The translations under genes were made by a program, and so were the position numbers. The notes beneath the pieces are model-generated. The model was given only the letters and a program-made list of their open reading frames with translations. It did no database searches and was not told the origin of the DNA. From Piedraia hortae CBS 480.64 (lineage: Eukaryota), in contig MU005970.1 of the NCBI GenBank assembly GCA_010093745.1, positions 205,549 through 269,548 of the forward strand: a stretch of 64,000 bases of DNA, written 5' to 3'. Shown here piece by piece: positions 45,501 through 55,787 of the stretch (position 1 is its first letter; each line of letters starts with the position of its first letter).

Positions 45501-45610
45501 TCATGGTCTTGATCAAAATAGGCCGGTCGCTCCCTGTCCAACATCGGCGTCCGTTCATCGTCACCATCTTCGTTTGATGCTTCACTCCGTCTCCCCCAGA
45601 AGGAGAACAT
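42548..45610 (-). CDS. YVC1: TRP-type cation channel, Yvc1-like
   Basis: LTWDQLRSPQ, ELIDALSYDF, AKRFLAHPLV, multiple TM helices, FLIVTILITVLTNSF. Confidence 0.82.
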   Translation of the reverse strand: MFSFWGRRSEASNEDGDDERTPMLDRERPAYFDQDHDEYEDEEPILPIFSAAHLDKLPLYDITHAIRQLIVKRCETMLTWDQLRSPQISQFLVKPVQNQIKQDHMTRATICALVANCLQFRKESQTQPQMIGVLATRALMSELLALRLLKEFNTRELIDALSYDFDPLQGLPETTTPAVRDLKSHGLQARAARVSTIEIAIRAQAKRFLAHPLVVQHLQAIWAGTVVFQNTADDLHRKPSEYGTMDHSKSPRKAVQLYNPHDASLFKLSRLRVPLYRQVFGTFSFAIMLGLFLAVLIDRSVQVTSLELVFWLWSSGYMLDEVVGFSEQGFGLYIMSFWNAFDLGFLMLFLVYYCLRLYGLFVAEGKEEIAGMAYDVLGSTAVLLFPRLFSVLDHYRYFSQLLIAFRMMAQDLVAILILIIISCSGFFVAFTFSFSNGKVDAKAVAYALFQIVMGFSPAAWEKWPVYNFLGKIILAVFLVMCHFLIVTILITVLTNSFMAIVQNANEEHQFVFAVNTISSVKSDMLFTYIAPSNIIGWALSPLRFVIRFRKFVMLNRTIIKITHFPILFLIYAYERLILSGMTYSPTDLIERRGRPKTFAILLGSPGRKLREPSVASFKKDLALDEVFRKPFKGNTMRTTPRDISLATPKSTNVVDNWMQEAENEGGASPPVEQPRSVLERLERRRPYIKRSATGLRLARSRLFSTASRSVASDPDILSIRQRKVQRIIEEGALNQAVDADADADGDDEINDESDQQTQGIGESIASSIGKREANESEEEDFATPRPGRSPLIRMSSAAEARLRAHQPSHGAGLPRWKPSGHRQRQQSRGGHARNTSTTTVLFAPPTQGQPSAGSKKQPKETKRGAATPVPSRPIPVRERTLPLPKLRHRSSYTEALDLASEIGDNRAIDAGGISGMPASLSDQILREHELARRMREEKKRSEEEEKGMVNRILLTRMHVLEERFGEVLKEVKGLGEKGDKEKERMMKRRVDVKRRKEKDSPKKKEREITSDDEVAKDSSR

Positions 45611-46329
45611 GGTGTTGGTGCTAGAACATGTCCGTCACACACCAAAGCTTCTATTTTAGAATGAGCTGTCCTGCAGGGTCCACTTGGCGTTCATGCGTGT
45701 CAAGCCACGCTAATTGGTGGGCCGCAACCCTAACCCACGGTGTACAGACAACATTGACGAACTTATCATGTTCAGAGCTGTATCGAGGCAAATTGATAGG
45801 CTGGGGTAGTCAATTCATCCAGAAGCATCTACTCAATGCAGCCAACGACATCGCCCGATGCAGGCATGGTCATCTGCAGTCGCCGCATTATGTGAGCTCC
45901 TTGGACCATGTGACTGTGTCCTCGCCTAGACCTCGACAGTTAGTGGCGTTGAAACCGTCAAACAGAGAATCTATAGGAGTTGATAGCAGCAGTTTTGATA
46001 CCCAAAGTACTATCGTTGTTCTCCCAGATCAGATCCAGCTCGAGACCCTCATGTTTGTGTTACTGGAACTCCTTTGTGGCACACTGCAATACGAATTGAA
46101 TTTCGAGTTGGGAGTCGGATTCGAAACAGGCTTTGCCACCACCGGTGGCACTTGGTACATTCGCTTTTGCCCCAAATTGTAAATCGCTGAAAGAATTTGC
46201 ATCCAGCAAACAAGATGCCACTTTGACGATGAGATCAAACCTAACCCTAGCAGATGACCAACAGCCGTTCACTGCTGACCAACAGTCCACGGGTTTTCCT
46301 GCGCGCCCGAATAACTGGCAGGGATGGGC

Positions 46330-47735
46330 ATGCTCGACAACATACCTACAGCACTGAGATCGTACCGAACAACGACTCCAATTCTCGTTGCCTTCGAAGC
46401 CGTCCTGTGTCTAGCTATCCTGCACAAAATTCCCTGTCCGTACATACTCAGATCTTGACATTCTTGCCTGAAGGCTAACAAGCCAAGACACGGAAATAGA
46501 CTGGAAAACGTATATGCACCAAATCTCACTGTTCAAGAAAAATGAAAGAGACTATCATAATATAACAGGTCCCACGGGCCCTCTCGTCTACCCTGCGGGG
46601 CACGTATGGCTGTATACGGGGCTTTACAACATTACGTCTGGCGGGTCGGACCTGTTCCTCGCGCAGTACCTGTTCACCGCACTTTATCTCGCTTCGCTGC
46701 TGGTCGTGGTGGCATGCTACCGCATGGCAGGCGCGCCTACTTATCTCCTGCCTCTGCTGAGCCTCAGCAAGAGATTACACTCAATTTTTCTGTTGAGGCT
46801 TTTCAATGACTGCTTTGCGGTGTTTTTCCTCTTTCTCGCAATCCACCTTTATCAGAAACGATGCTGGACAGCTGGAAGTGTGGTCTATTCGTTGGGTGTA
46901 GGCGTCAAGATGACTTGCTTACTTGCTTTGCCGGCTGTTGGCATCGTGCTTTGGCAGGCGCTCAGCAGGAAAAAGGCTGTCTGGGTGGGGTTGGTCATGG
47001 CTCAAGTTCAGGTATGTCTTGGGTTATGTGACTCCCGGCCAGCTCTGACGATAAAAGGTCCTGTTAGGCTACCCTTTCCTGACAACATACCCGATCAACT
47101 ACCTCCGCCGGGCATTTGAACTGGACAGGAAATTCCTCTTCAAATGGACCGTCAACTGGCGGTTCATGGGCGAAGACGTGTTCACTTCAAGAGGCTTCGC
47201 AACATCGCTAATGGTCACGCATCTGGTCCTTCTCATGATGTTCATTTCAACACGATGGACCAAACCTACGGCAACCTCACTCCCCCGCGCGTGCAAGCAA
47301 CTCATATATCCACTCTCCGCATCCCAACAAACCCTCGTATCTCAACGAATCACACCACGATTCATCCTCACAACAATCCTAACATCAATGACCATAGGCT
47401 GCCTCTGCGCGCGAAGCCTACACTACCAGTTCTACGTCTACATCGCATGGACAACGCCCTACCTCCTCTGGGCGAGCCACCTCCACCCAGTCCTCATCTA
47501 CACCCTCTGGGCGATTCAGGAATGGGCATGGAACGTCTATCCATCCACGCCCCTCAGCTCAGCAGCGGTCGTAATCTCCTTGGCCTTAACCGTGATCTGC
47601 ACCTGGGCAGCAGCCTACCCATCCGGAACCTACTCCTCGTCTACATCATCATCATCATCATCATCCTCCTCCTCCTCCTCCTCTTCGGGCATCACATCCC
47701 TCACCTCCAGTTTCCCAAACTCCTTAGGCCAATAA
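46330..47735 (+). CDS. ALG3: Dol-P-Man:Man5GlcNAc2-PP-Dol alpha-1,3-mannosyltransferase (3 exons)
   Basis: KIP|YTEIDWKTYM, TGPLVYPAGH, SKRLHSIFLLRLFND, WTVNWRF, ARSLHYQF, EWAWNVYPST. Confidence 0.93.
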
Positions 47736-48040
47736 CCCATCTTCCTCCAAACCTTCTCATCCCCAACAACGTTCACAATCTCGCCCGAGAGCTTATTTCC
47801 CCGCTCCGCGAGCGTGGAGGTATCGACCAAGACATAGGAGCCGCGTTTGACCCAGACCGTGTTGCGGAATTTGGGGTGTAGTTCTGCTAGGAGGATCGAG
47901 TTGTCTATCGTGCTAACGCGGTAAAGGTTGTTTCCTGCGTTTTCGCGTACGATTGCTAAGAGTTGCGTCGCGGTTAGGGCCGCAGGCGGGTTGAAAGTTT
48001 CTTCGATAGTGGCGAGGTGCTTTCTTCTCGGTGGGGGCAT
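47630..48040 (-). CDS. eIF1A-domain (S1-like OB fold) RNA-binding protein, EIF1AD-like
   Basis: GNNLYRV, LAELHPKFRNTVWVKRGSYVLVD, GEIVNVV, YWPKEF, acidic tail. Confidence 0.85.
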   Translation of the reverse strand: MPPPRRKHLATIEETFNPPAALTATQLLAIVRENAGNNLYRVSTIDNSILLAELHPKFRNTVWVKRGSYVLVDTSTLAERGNKLSGEIVNVVGDEKVWRKMGYWPKEFGKLEVRDVMPEEEEEEEDDDDDDDVDEE

Positions 48041-48178
48041 TGGGAATCGTGTGATGAGGTTTGGGGGGAGGGGTGTTTTTTTGAAAGAGATCGGGTGCGG
48101 GGTTATGATGCCAAGAATCAGGTCACCACGGACACTCTCCATTGAAATCTTTTTCATCAGATTAGGACTTGAGTTAAA

Positions 48179-50017
48179 CTACATATCCCCATGCGGATCT
48201 TCTCCCTTTTGTTCCGGGTCCAATTTGATCAAGGTATCAATTCTCATGATTGCTACACATGCCTCGACGGCGCTCTTCAGCTGCTTCACTTTGCTCATGC
48301 TCGGCTCCAATACGCCTGCTTTGACGCAGTCGTGTACCTTGCCCTTTGCTAGATCTAGACCGTAGTTTTTGTATGATTTGCCGTGGAGTTGCTGCTGCTC
48401 TGCTGAGGTTGGTGGGGCCTGATTGGCTTTTGCTGGTGTAAAGCTGGAGTTGCCTGTCGTGGTTGCAGGGGTATGGGGGTGCTTGGATTTTTGTTGTTGA
48501 GGGGGCTCGGCAGTGCGTTGGGAAAGTGCGTGGCGGGATCGGAGCTGCGCAACGAGCTCAGAGCTATCCTTTGCTGCGTTGACCGCTAGTGTGATGGGAA
48601 TTACTAGTAGAGATTGTGCAAATGCACCGATGGCGAGCTGTTCTCTTGAGCCCTAGATACATGTTAGGGATGTCCATGCTGCATATTTCATAAAACTTAC
48701 CACACTCGTTGCCCACTCTTCGAGGTAAATGTGCAATGCAGTCTCCACGGCACCGCCGCCGGGGACGATACGGCCAGACTCCAGCGTCCGCTTGACGGCA
48801 GAAAGAGAATCGTGCACCGAACGCTCCATCTCATCCAGGGAGAACTCATTCGCCCCGCGGAGGATGATTGATGCCGCTGTATGGGCTTTGGGGCCGTTGA
48901 CAAGGATGCACTCGTCATCACTGATACGCTCCTGCACGACTTCCTCGGCGTGGCCGAGGTTCTTGGGATCAAATCCCTCGTCGCCGTTGAGGTCAGCCAA
49001 GGTGCTCACCATCGTGGCTCCCGTCGCACGCGCTATGCGGCGTAGATCTTCCTTCTTACAGCGTCGAACTGCCATGGCGCCCTTTTCTATGAAATACTTC
49101 AGGCTCAGATCGTCAATGCCCTTTGTGGTAAAGACAACGTTGGCCCCCGTCTTGAGAATCATCTCGATGCGGTCAGTGAGGAGAGTGGCCTCGCGCTCGC
49201 GAATCTTCTCGAGCTGGGCCGGATCATCAATGACAACGTTTACGCCAAGCTTCAGTCGCTCCTTTTGGAAGTTCATGTCCAGCACCGCAATCTTTGCATC
49301 TGTAATGCGCGTCTTCATCGCCTGAGACGCCACAGTGCAGTTAAGCGCGTAACCCTTCACAAGCACCGACTCTGTCGCGCTTTTCCCGTGGGCTTTGAGT
49401 ATGTTGACCGCCTTGACGGGGTACTTGACCTCCCCACGGCTGTCGGTCGTCTTGACGCTTGAAATGGCGTCCACTACAAGGTTTGCAAAGAAGTCGGAGT
49501 CTGCACCGATAATCTTGCTGCTCATGCTCGTCTTTGCAACGTTTACGAGCGATTCACGGCCCAGAGCCTCGACTTTGGTGCTAATGTTCTGGTTCATATA
49601 TCTCACTGCCTCGCGCAGAGCGAGCCGGTAACCGGTCATGATAGTGGTGGGGTGGATCCTCTTCTTCATAAGCTCATTTGCCCGTCGCAGGAGCTCCGCT
49701 GCCACCAAAACAACGCTGGTAGTTCCATCACCAACCTCTTTGTCCTGTTGCTGTGCAAGATCTACCAGAATTTTCCCCGCAGGGTGGTCGACGCTAAGCA
49801 GAGAGAGGATAGTTGCTCCATCATTGGTCACCGTTACGTCGCCAATGTCATCGACCATCATCTTGTCCAGTCCTGAGGGCCCAAACGATGTCTTGACAAT
49901 GTTCGCAATCGCCTGCGTCGCCATGACATTCTGATCGCGAACTTCCGGGCCGGAGATCTTGGTTCCGCCAAGAAACAGCGTGCCGGCATTGCGCGGGGCG
50001 TCGAATATGGCGGCCAT
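48179..50017 (-). CDS. TCP1: CCT/TRiC chaperonin alpha subunit (2 exons)
   Basis: [23 protein letters not shown]; intron about 48653-48701; final exon ends [22 protein letters not shown]. Confidence 0.96.
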
Positions 50018-50159
50018 GTTGCCAGAAGATATCGTCTGCGATGGCTTGACAATTTTCGAGGTGACGTTGGTCGGGTCGGGCCGGGCCTCTAAGTTTACAC
50101 GCCAAGATGTCCCACTCACAAGACAACACCCCTCTGAACACTTTCTAATCACTCCTTAG

Positions 50160-51062
50160 ATGGCCCAGGACGACGTCGTTGGTTCCTACAGAACCCTCAG
50201 CAGGGACGTTTCCCCTCCTGTCGCTGCAATTCAAGTTTTAATCTCCTCTATATCCAACACCCAGCCATCCACCGCCTCCGAAACATTAGATCTCATCTCC
50301 AAGCATATATCCAGTTTGGAAACAGCTTTTCCAAACTCCATCTCCCTCTCGGCCGGAACTACGCTGCTAAAGCAATACGTGATCACCACCCTTCAGCGCG
50401 AAGCATATCAAAACGATGACTTTGCCGTGGTACGGCAGAAGTTGATTGTTGAGAGCGAGGCAATCATAACCCGCATCGGGACTGCAAGCAAACTTATCGC
50501 GCAGTTTGGGCCGAAGTTTGTCTGCGACGGAGATGTTATCCTGATTTTTGGTCGTTCGGGGGTCGTAGACGCTCTGCTTGACAGAGCTGCTGATAAGAAG
50601 GTGTTTAGCATCATCTATGTTGTAGAGGGTGACGGGAGGGGGGTTGAAAGGGAGGTAGAGATGCTTCGCAAGAAGGACATTCGTGTGGCTGTGGTTCCTC
50701 CTACAGCTGTGGCATATGCAATGCATAAGGTCTCGCGGTGTTTTGTGGGAGCGGAGGCGATCGTCGAGAACGGAGGCATAGTAGCCCATCTTGGCACTTT
50801 CCAGCTCGCTCTCATTGCCAAAACCATGGGCAAACCCCTCTACGTCTTGGCCGAAAGCCACAAGTTTGTTAGAAAGTACCCTCTGCGTCAAGAAGATCTA
50901 GGCATAGAGCAGAACATTGTCGATTTTGGTGACTCGAAGAGTGACTTGAACGAAGAGAAAGTGGACTACACCCCGCCAGAGTATATCAAGGGGATTGTCA
51001 TGGAAACCGGCATTCAACTCCCCAGTGCTGTTGGCGAAGAGCTGATCAGTTCATGCTTTTGA
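50160..51062 (+). CDS. GCN3: Translation initiation factor eIF2B alpha
   Basis: VGAEAIVENGG, GTFQLA, AESHKFVRKYPL, VDYTPP. Confidence 0.9.
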   Translation: MAQDDVVGSYRTLSRDVSPPVAAIQVLISSISNTQPSTASETLDLISKHISSLETAFPNSISLSAGTTLLKQYVITTLQREAYQNDDFAVVRQKLIVESEAIITRIGTASKLIAQFGPKFVCDGDVILIFGRSGVVDALLDRAADKKVFSIIYVVEGDGRGVEREVEMLRKKDIRVAVVPPTAVAYAMHKVSRCFVGAEAIVENGGIVAHLGTFQLALIAKTMGKPLYVLAESHKFVRKYPLRQEDLGIEQNIVDFGDSKSDLNEEKVDYTPPEYIKGIVMETGIQLPSAVGEELISSCF

Positions 51063-51200
51063 AAAGGACATAGCATAGCATAGCGTGGCGTTGGAGGTTG
51101 TGTTTAATTAACATTTCAACCAGTTCATCCAGAACGTTCCCCGTCGTGAAAGCATACTATCAAAACAAAGCCATTAGTTCGTACAGACGACCCAAGGTTC

Positions 51201-54200
51201 TCAATCTCCCTTGATCTGTGCTCTCAATCCCACATTTTCCCTCTTCAGTCTTCCATTTTCCCTCCTCAACTTCGCCGCGTCGTCTTGTGCCTCTTTCAGA
51301 CGTCTCTTCATCTCTTCGACTCCCTCGCCCCCTCTTACCACATTCAAAATCTTGCTCAGCTCCTCATTGAACCTCGCATACAGAGCATCATTCTCACAGC
51401 GCGCTTCGCGGTAGAGCTCATCCAGTTTGCGACACTTGTTCTCAGACACGGTTAGAGACGAGCTTAGGTCGTTTTGAATACTTTCCATCCGTGCTGAATG
51501 ATCCTCAACTGCCTTTTGTAGTTTTCCTTCCAGCTTCAGGACGCGAGCTGCCATGTCCAATGACCCAGACGGGCTGGTTACACTTCCTCTGCGTGACACG
51601 CGAGCCGTTTGACTTCCACGAATCGTTCCTATACGACTCGTCGAGGTCGCTGTCAGTTCGTCCCCAATCTTGCTGAGCTCCTCTTGAAGACTGCCTTGTG
51701 TGCCATTCATGTTGACTTGCTCGTGTTGAAGACGTTCTCGGAGCTTTTGGGGAGATTGCATCCGCAAACGGGTTGATTTGTCTGGCGGAGTGCTCGGTCG
51801 TTTGACAATGTTACCGGCCCCTGTCCTCTCCGAAAGTCCGATTCGAGGAGTGGGCTTAGTCGGGGACAAGCCGCGGGCAGCTATGGTGGGAATGCTTGAG
51901 CTGGGCCGGGACGACATGGCCTCCTCCTTGACACTCGTTGTGTTGCTCCTCGGACGAAGGGGCTCAATTGCGCTGAGTGGCCGAGACGGGGAATTCTCCT
52001 TGCGAAAAGCAGGAGGAATCCTAGCCCTTTCCCTGACAGGAGAGCCAACTCTACCATTTGGCATCAACTTCGGTGCGGGCAGCAAGGGAGACTCCAAAGG
52101 CTTTTCATCGGTCATCGATCTTGAACCTACTACGGGGCGACGTGCTGGAGCCGGCGCGGTCCACGACGGGGCCTTCTGCGCCTCTTCTGCACCAAGAACA
52201 TCGGAGAGCGAGCTTCGCCGTTTCTTCCTAGGAGGACCGGTTGGAATGAAGCTCGGGTGCTCGCCGATAGTGGACAAGCCAAGGCTCTGGACCGACGCCG
52301 CGGCAGAGAGTTCTCCCTTGAGTGAGCCATCTTGAGACGTCGGACGGTAGTCCATTGTCGACTGAGAGCGATGAAGAGAACCTTTGGAGAGGCTACCAGC
52401 TGGACTGTCACCTCCTCGCGTGCTTTTGCTCAACGTTCTCCACACCGACGCCACCTTTGACTCTTCCTCGGACCTGCTGTTCGTCCTCGCCAGTGTACCA
52501 AAGCCAAACTTTCTCCTCAATGAAGATGTGTTGGACGATATCGAAGCAGAATTAGTAGATCGAGACCGCTTATGCAGTCCACCAGAGTTCCCTTGTTTCT
52601 GCACTTCATCAAGCGGCTCACCGAAATATGTGTCCGTGTCGTCTACGAAACGGTCAATAAGGGCTATAAAATCATGCGGGTTGCCGTCAGTGACCAGCAC
52701 TTCGGCAAAGGCAGCCGTGAGAGCTCCACGGTCGCCGTCATTGCCCGTCCCGTCTAGCAGATCCGCAAGCAGCTCCATGATCATCTTGAAGGCACGCCTG
52801 TTCTGAGGCACCAAGGTGCTGATGACGCTGCGGAAGTAGTCGTCAAAGTCTGCTGGAAACATAAGCTCCGCCTTGGACTGGGCGCTCTGGATCATGGTGT
52901 ACGGTATCACCTGTCCCACCTGCTCCTTCCACGCGTGATTGAGGAACTTCTCAAACGCGGCAAACAAGACGTCTACGGTGGCCTGGGCCGCAATAACCAT
53001 CATATTGGCATCTTCCAGCAGTCCGTTGTAGAGCTCATTGACAGCCAATTCATCAGCCAGGCCACGCATCTTGAGGCTTCGGCCCACAATGTTGCCCTTT
53101 CTTGCCTTGAGTGCAAGGATGTATGTCCTTAGCGTGTCTTCGAGTTTCCTATGGTTGGTAGGCGTCTCCGCTCGGAATGATGGCTGACTGTGCAGGGAGG
53201 TAGCTCCCTCTCTGCTTGGTGGTTTGGTCGACTGTGCAGAGGTTGGGTGTCTCAGCTGGGACTGATCACGGCGGATAGAGGCCGGAGGCTGGCTGCCAGG
53301 GCCAGTGCTAGCAAGAAAGGTCGACAGCAGCTTCCGAGGAGATTTGTGTCGACGGGTGGGCTCCCGGGAATCTACCTGAGAGGCATCATCGTCGTCTGCT
53401 GATAGGAAGTAGAGGTCCAAGGAGGAAATGGTCTCGCCATTTTTGGCCAACAGCGAGGCGGCCATTGCAGGATTGTCAATCGAAAAGGAACTCGCCGCAA
53501 TCATAGCCAAGCGCTTGCTTATCTTGTGAACCAAGTTCTCCAGTGTCACCGGCTCCTGGCTAGTGGGATAGTCCAGCGACTCCAAAGTCATTCGCCACGA
53601 GCCGTCTTTGAGGGGAGAAAGAGATATGACGGTACGGATACCGTTCTGGCCAGGCTGCGGTTTATGAATATGCTTGTCCACGTCCACAATGACTCTCGTC
53701 GACCCATTCCGTCGCCGAAGCGAGACATACTCGCGGTTGGAGTCTTGGAAAATTGCACAGAGAAGGCTGGCCTGGTTCTCACCTGCATCAGCCCGACGCA
53801 CCTCCCACGCTGATCCCTCGCGTTCGACTTCGGAGAAGCGGGACTCGATGGCGGCTTTAGAAATGTCTTCAGTAAAACGATTTACCTTCCCATCGTAAGT
53901 CGTATCAAGCCGCAGTATCCATGATGGCATTACATTAGAGCTTTGCCTGGACTGGTTTTTCTCGAGCAATTCAAAAAGCTGCAGTACTCGGCCGGCATGA
54001 CTTTCAGAATACTGAAGGGCATCCAGACTGATCTGACGAACAAAGTTGAGATCCAGCAAAGGACCAGAGCGGGAAAATGCTGGATTTGAGCATGCCTCGA
54101 GCTCCGTCTGCAGGCTGCGGGCCGTGGTGGTTGCGGCATCGCCGCGCTTTTCAAGCAAGATGAGGCTGTCGGTGTAAAGAAGCATGATGCCCCGTTCCAT

Positions 54201-55664
54201 TTCACAACCGTCTGGTGCAAACGGTGGAGCGAGCATAGTGTAGTCTGTAGCAGTGACTAACCGTCCAGTGATATGGCACTCGTTGGGCCATTCAGCCACA
54301 CGAGAACGCAGTCTCTCTTCAATCAAGCTGCTTTCGGCACCCGCATCATCTTGGGCGCAAATTTCTGTAATCACATCGCGTGCCTTGAGAAGCGGCTTGA
54401 TTGCTGCATGGCCCAACGGCAGCTGCTTAAGGATGCTGTCAATATAGAGATTGTATCGCGGTAATCGCTGGACCGGCTCAATGAGCAGTGACACGAGCTT
54501 CTGTTCGCCAATCTCGTGAAGAAAGGCGGAAAGGGCGGTGTCGGAGTTACGGCAGAGACTACGCAGATTTTGACTACAAGCAGCCTGGGCCCCAAGATAT
54601 GGCCCATATGGCTCTGCAAACTGTGGCACCCACTCATACAGACAGCGGGCGAATGCCACAATGCCGTGCGGGTCGTCCTGGACGTTTGCCCGCATTTGTG
54701 ACGCTGTCGACTGTGACATTTCCAGTGCCGTGGCTGAACTGGCCTCCGTTGCTTCCAAAATTGACCGCATCGACTGCAGAAACTTCGAGTTTGCGGCCAC
54801 AATGCGGCTGATGCTGGCCGGAAAGACGGACTTGAGCTGCTCTTGGCTAGAGGCTTTGAGGTCGGCCCCGGAGTTCATGGCGATGCCATGCAGCTCTTGG
54901 AGCCGCTCAACGTAACCATCTTCGGTGTCAACGAGCTCACTAAGCTCCTTGCGCACGATTTCTTGTTGATGGCTGGTGAACGACGTGCTTCGACCAAACG
55001 CAGAAGCCTTTGACGGCGCCCTTCGCAGCTTCGACGTTGGCATGAATATGGCCTCGCCCAGACAGGCCACAACTTCTGCGTAACGACCATAGCGCTTCTC
55101 CAGGCCAATGTCGAGCGAGTCCTCGGAGCCAATCGAGTCCGACCGCTTCATCTCCACAACAGATCCGGGCGGCAGCACCACGTCAACGTCCAGCCAGGAT
55201 AGCCACTGTTCGGCAAACGCGTCTCCAATGGCGTAAATGACATCTTCAGTGTTTTCGACACGCTGCATCCGGCTGGCAAGGATGGCCACGTGCTGGTCGC
55301 CAAAAAGCATTCCAGCAGCACGCACTTGCGCACACCATGCCGTGCGCACGCGTTCCGGAAGCTCGGCAAAGTATTTCTTGAGGCCAAACGCGATGCCACG
55401 GCAAACCTCGTCGCCCTTGGCGTCGCGCGGGAGGCTGTCGACCGCCGACCAAAACGGTGAGGTCGGCGCAACCGCCAGTCGCCTGTACGATCCAATGCCG
55501 GCCGGCGTGAAAACGTGTACCTGGATGCGCGAACTCGTCGATGCCACGGCCGCCGCGCGGCCATAGAAGACCAGCACCGGCGAATTAGCCAGCAGCGGAT
55601 CGGTCGTGTGGAACAGACTGACATCGCCCGCCAAAGGCGGCGGCGCGGGAACCACGACGGCCAT
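51201..55664 (-). CDS. BUD3: Rho guanine nucleotide exchange factor, Bud3-like
   Basis: DH domain ELVDTEDGYV..SLLIEPVQRLPRY; C-terminal coiled coil. Confidence 0.8.
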   Translation of the reverse strand: MAVVVPAPPPLAGDVSLFHTTDPLLANSPVLVFYGRAAAVASTSSRIQVHVFTPAGIGSYRRLAVAPTSPFWSAVDSLPRDAKGDEVCRGIAFGLKKYFAELPERVRTAWCAQVRAAGMLFGDQHVAILASRMQRVENTEDVIYAIGDAFAEQWLSWLDVDVVLPPGSVVEMKRSDSIGSEDSLDIGLEKRYGRYAEVVACLGEAIFMPTSKLRRAPSKASAFGRSTSFTSHQQEIVRKELSELVDTEDGYVERLQELHGIAMNSGADLKASSQEQLKSVFPASISRIVAANSKFLQSMRSILEATEASSATALEMSQSTASQMRANVQDDPHGIVAFARCLYEWVPQFAEPYGPYLGAQAACSQNLRSLCRNSDTALSAFLHEIGEQKLVSLLIEPVQRLPRYNLYIDSILKQLPLGHAAIKPLLKARDVITEICAQDDAGAESSLIEERLRSRVAEWPNECHITGRLVTATDYTMLAPPFAPDGCEMERGIMLLYTDSLILLEKRGDAATTTARSLQTELEACSNPAFSRSGPLLDLNFVRQISLDALQYSESHAGRVLQLFELLEKNQSRQSSNVMPSWILRLDTTYDGKVNRFTEDISKAAIESRFSEVEREGSAWEVRRADAGENQASLLCAIFQDSNREYVSLRRRNGSTRVIVDVDKHIHKPQPGQNGIRTVISLSPLKDGSWRMTLESLDYPTSQEPVTLENLVHKISKRLAMIAASSFSIDNPAMAASLLAKNGETISSLDLYFLSADDDDASQVDSREPTRRHKSPRKLLSTFLASTGPGSQPPASIRRDQSQLRHPTSAQSTKPPSREGATSLHSQPSFRAETPTNHRKLEDTLRTYILALKARKGNIVGRSLKMRGLADELAVNELYNGLLEDANMMVIAAQATVDVLFAAFEKFLNHAWKEQVGQVIPYTMIQSAQSKAELMFPADFDDYFRSVISTLVPQNRRAFKMIMELLADLLDGTGNDGDRGALTAAFAEVLVTDGNPHDFIALIDRFVDDTDTYFGEPLDEVQKQGNSGGLHKRSRSTNSASISSNTSSLRRKFGFGTLARTNSRSEEESKVASVWRTLSKSTRGGDSPAGSLSKGSLHRSQSTMDYRPTSQDGSLKGELSAAASVQSLGLSTIGEHPSFIPTGPPRKKRRSSLSDVLGAEEAQKAPSWTAPAPARRPVVGSRSMTDEKPLESPLLPAPKLMPNGRVGSPVRERARIPPAFRKENSPSRPLSAIEPLRPRSNTTSVKEEAMSSRPSSSIPTIAARGLSPTKPTPRIGLSERTGAGNIVKRPSTPPDKSTRLRMQSPQKLRERLQHEQVNMNGTQGSLQEELSKIGDELTATSTSRIGTIRGSQTARVSRRGSVTSPSGSLDMAARVLKLEGKLQKAVEDHSARMESIQNDLSSSLTVSENKCRKLDELYREARCENDALYARFNEELSKILNVVRGGEGVEEMKRRLKEAQDDAAKLRRENGRLKRENVGLRAQIKGD

Positions 55665-55787
55665 GGTCTTGTTGTCAGGCCTGCATCCTCTGCGCCTGTC
55701 GTAAACAAGCCCCTCCTTCGCGCTGCCACACTTTCCCGATCGGGAAGAAACAACACCTACGTGCGGGGACGTCTCTGATTGGCTACA

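Noticed and set aside
45888..46290. Spliced small gene upstream of YVC1
   Set aside because: One plausible intron, but an in-frame stop and no clear start; could be a 5' UTR intron
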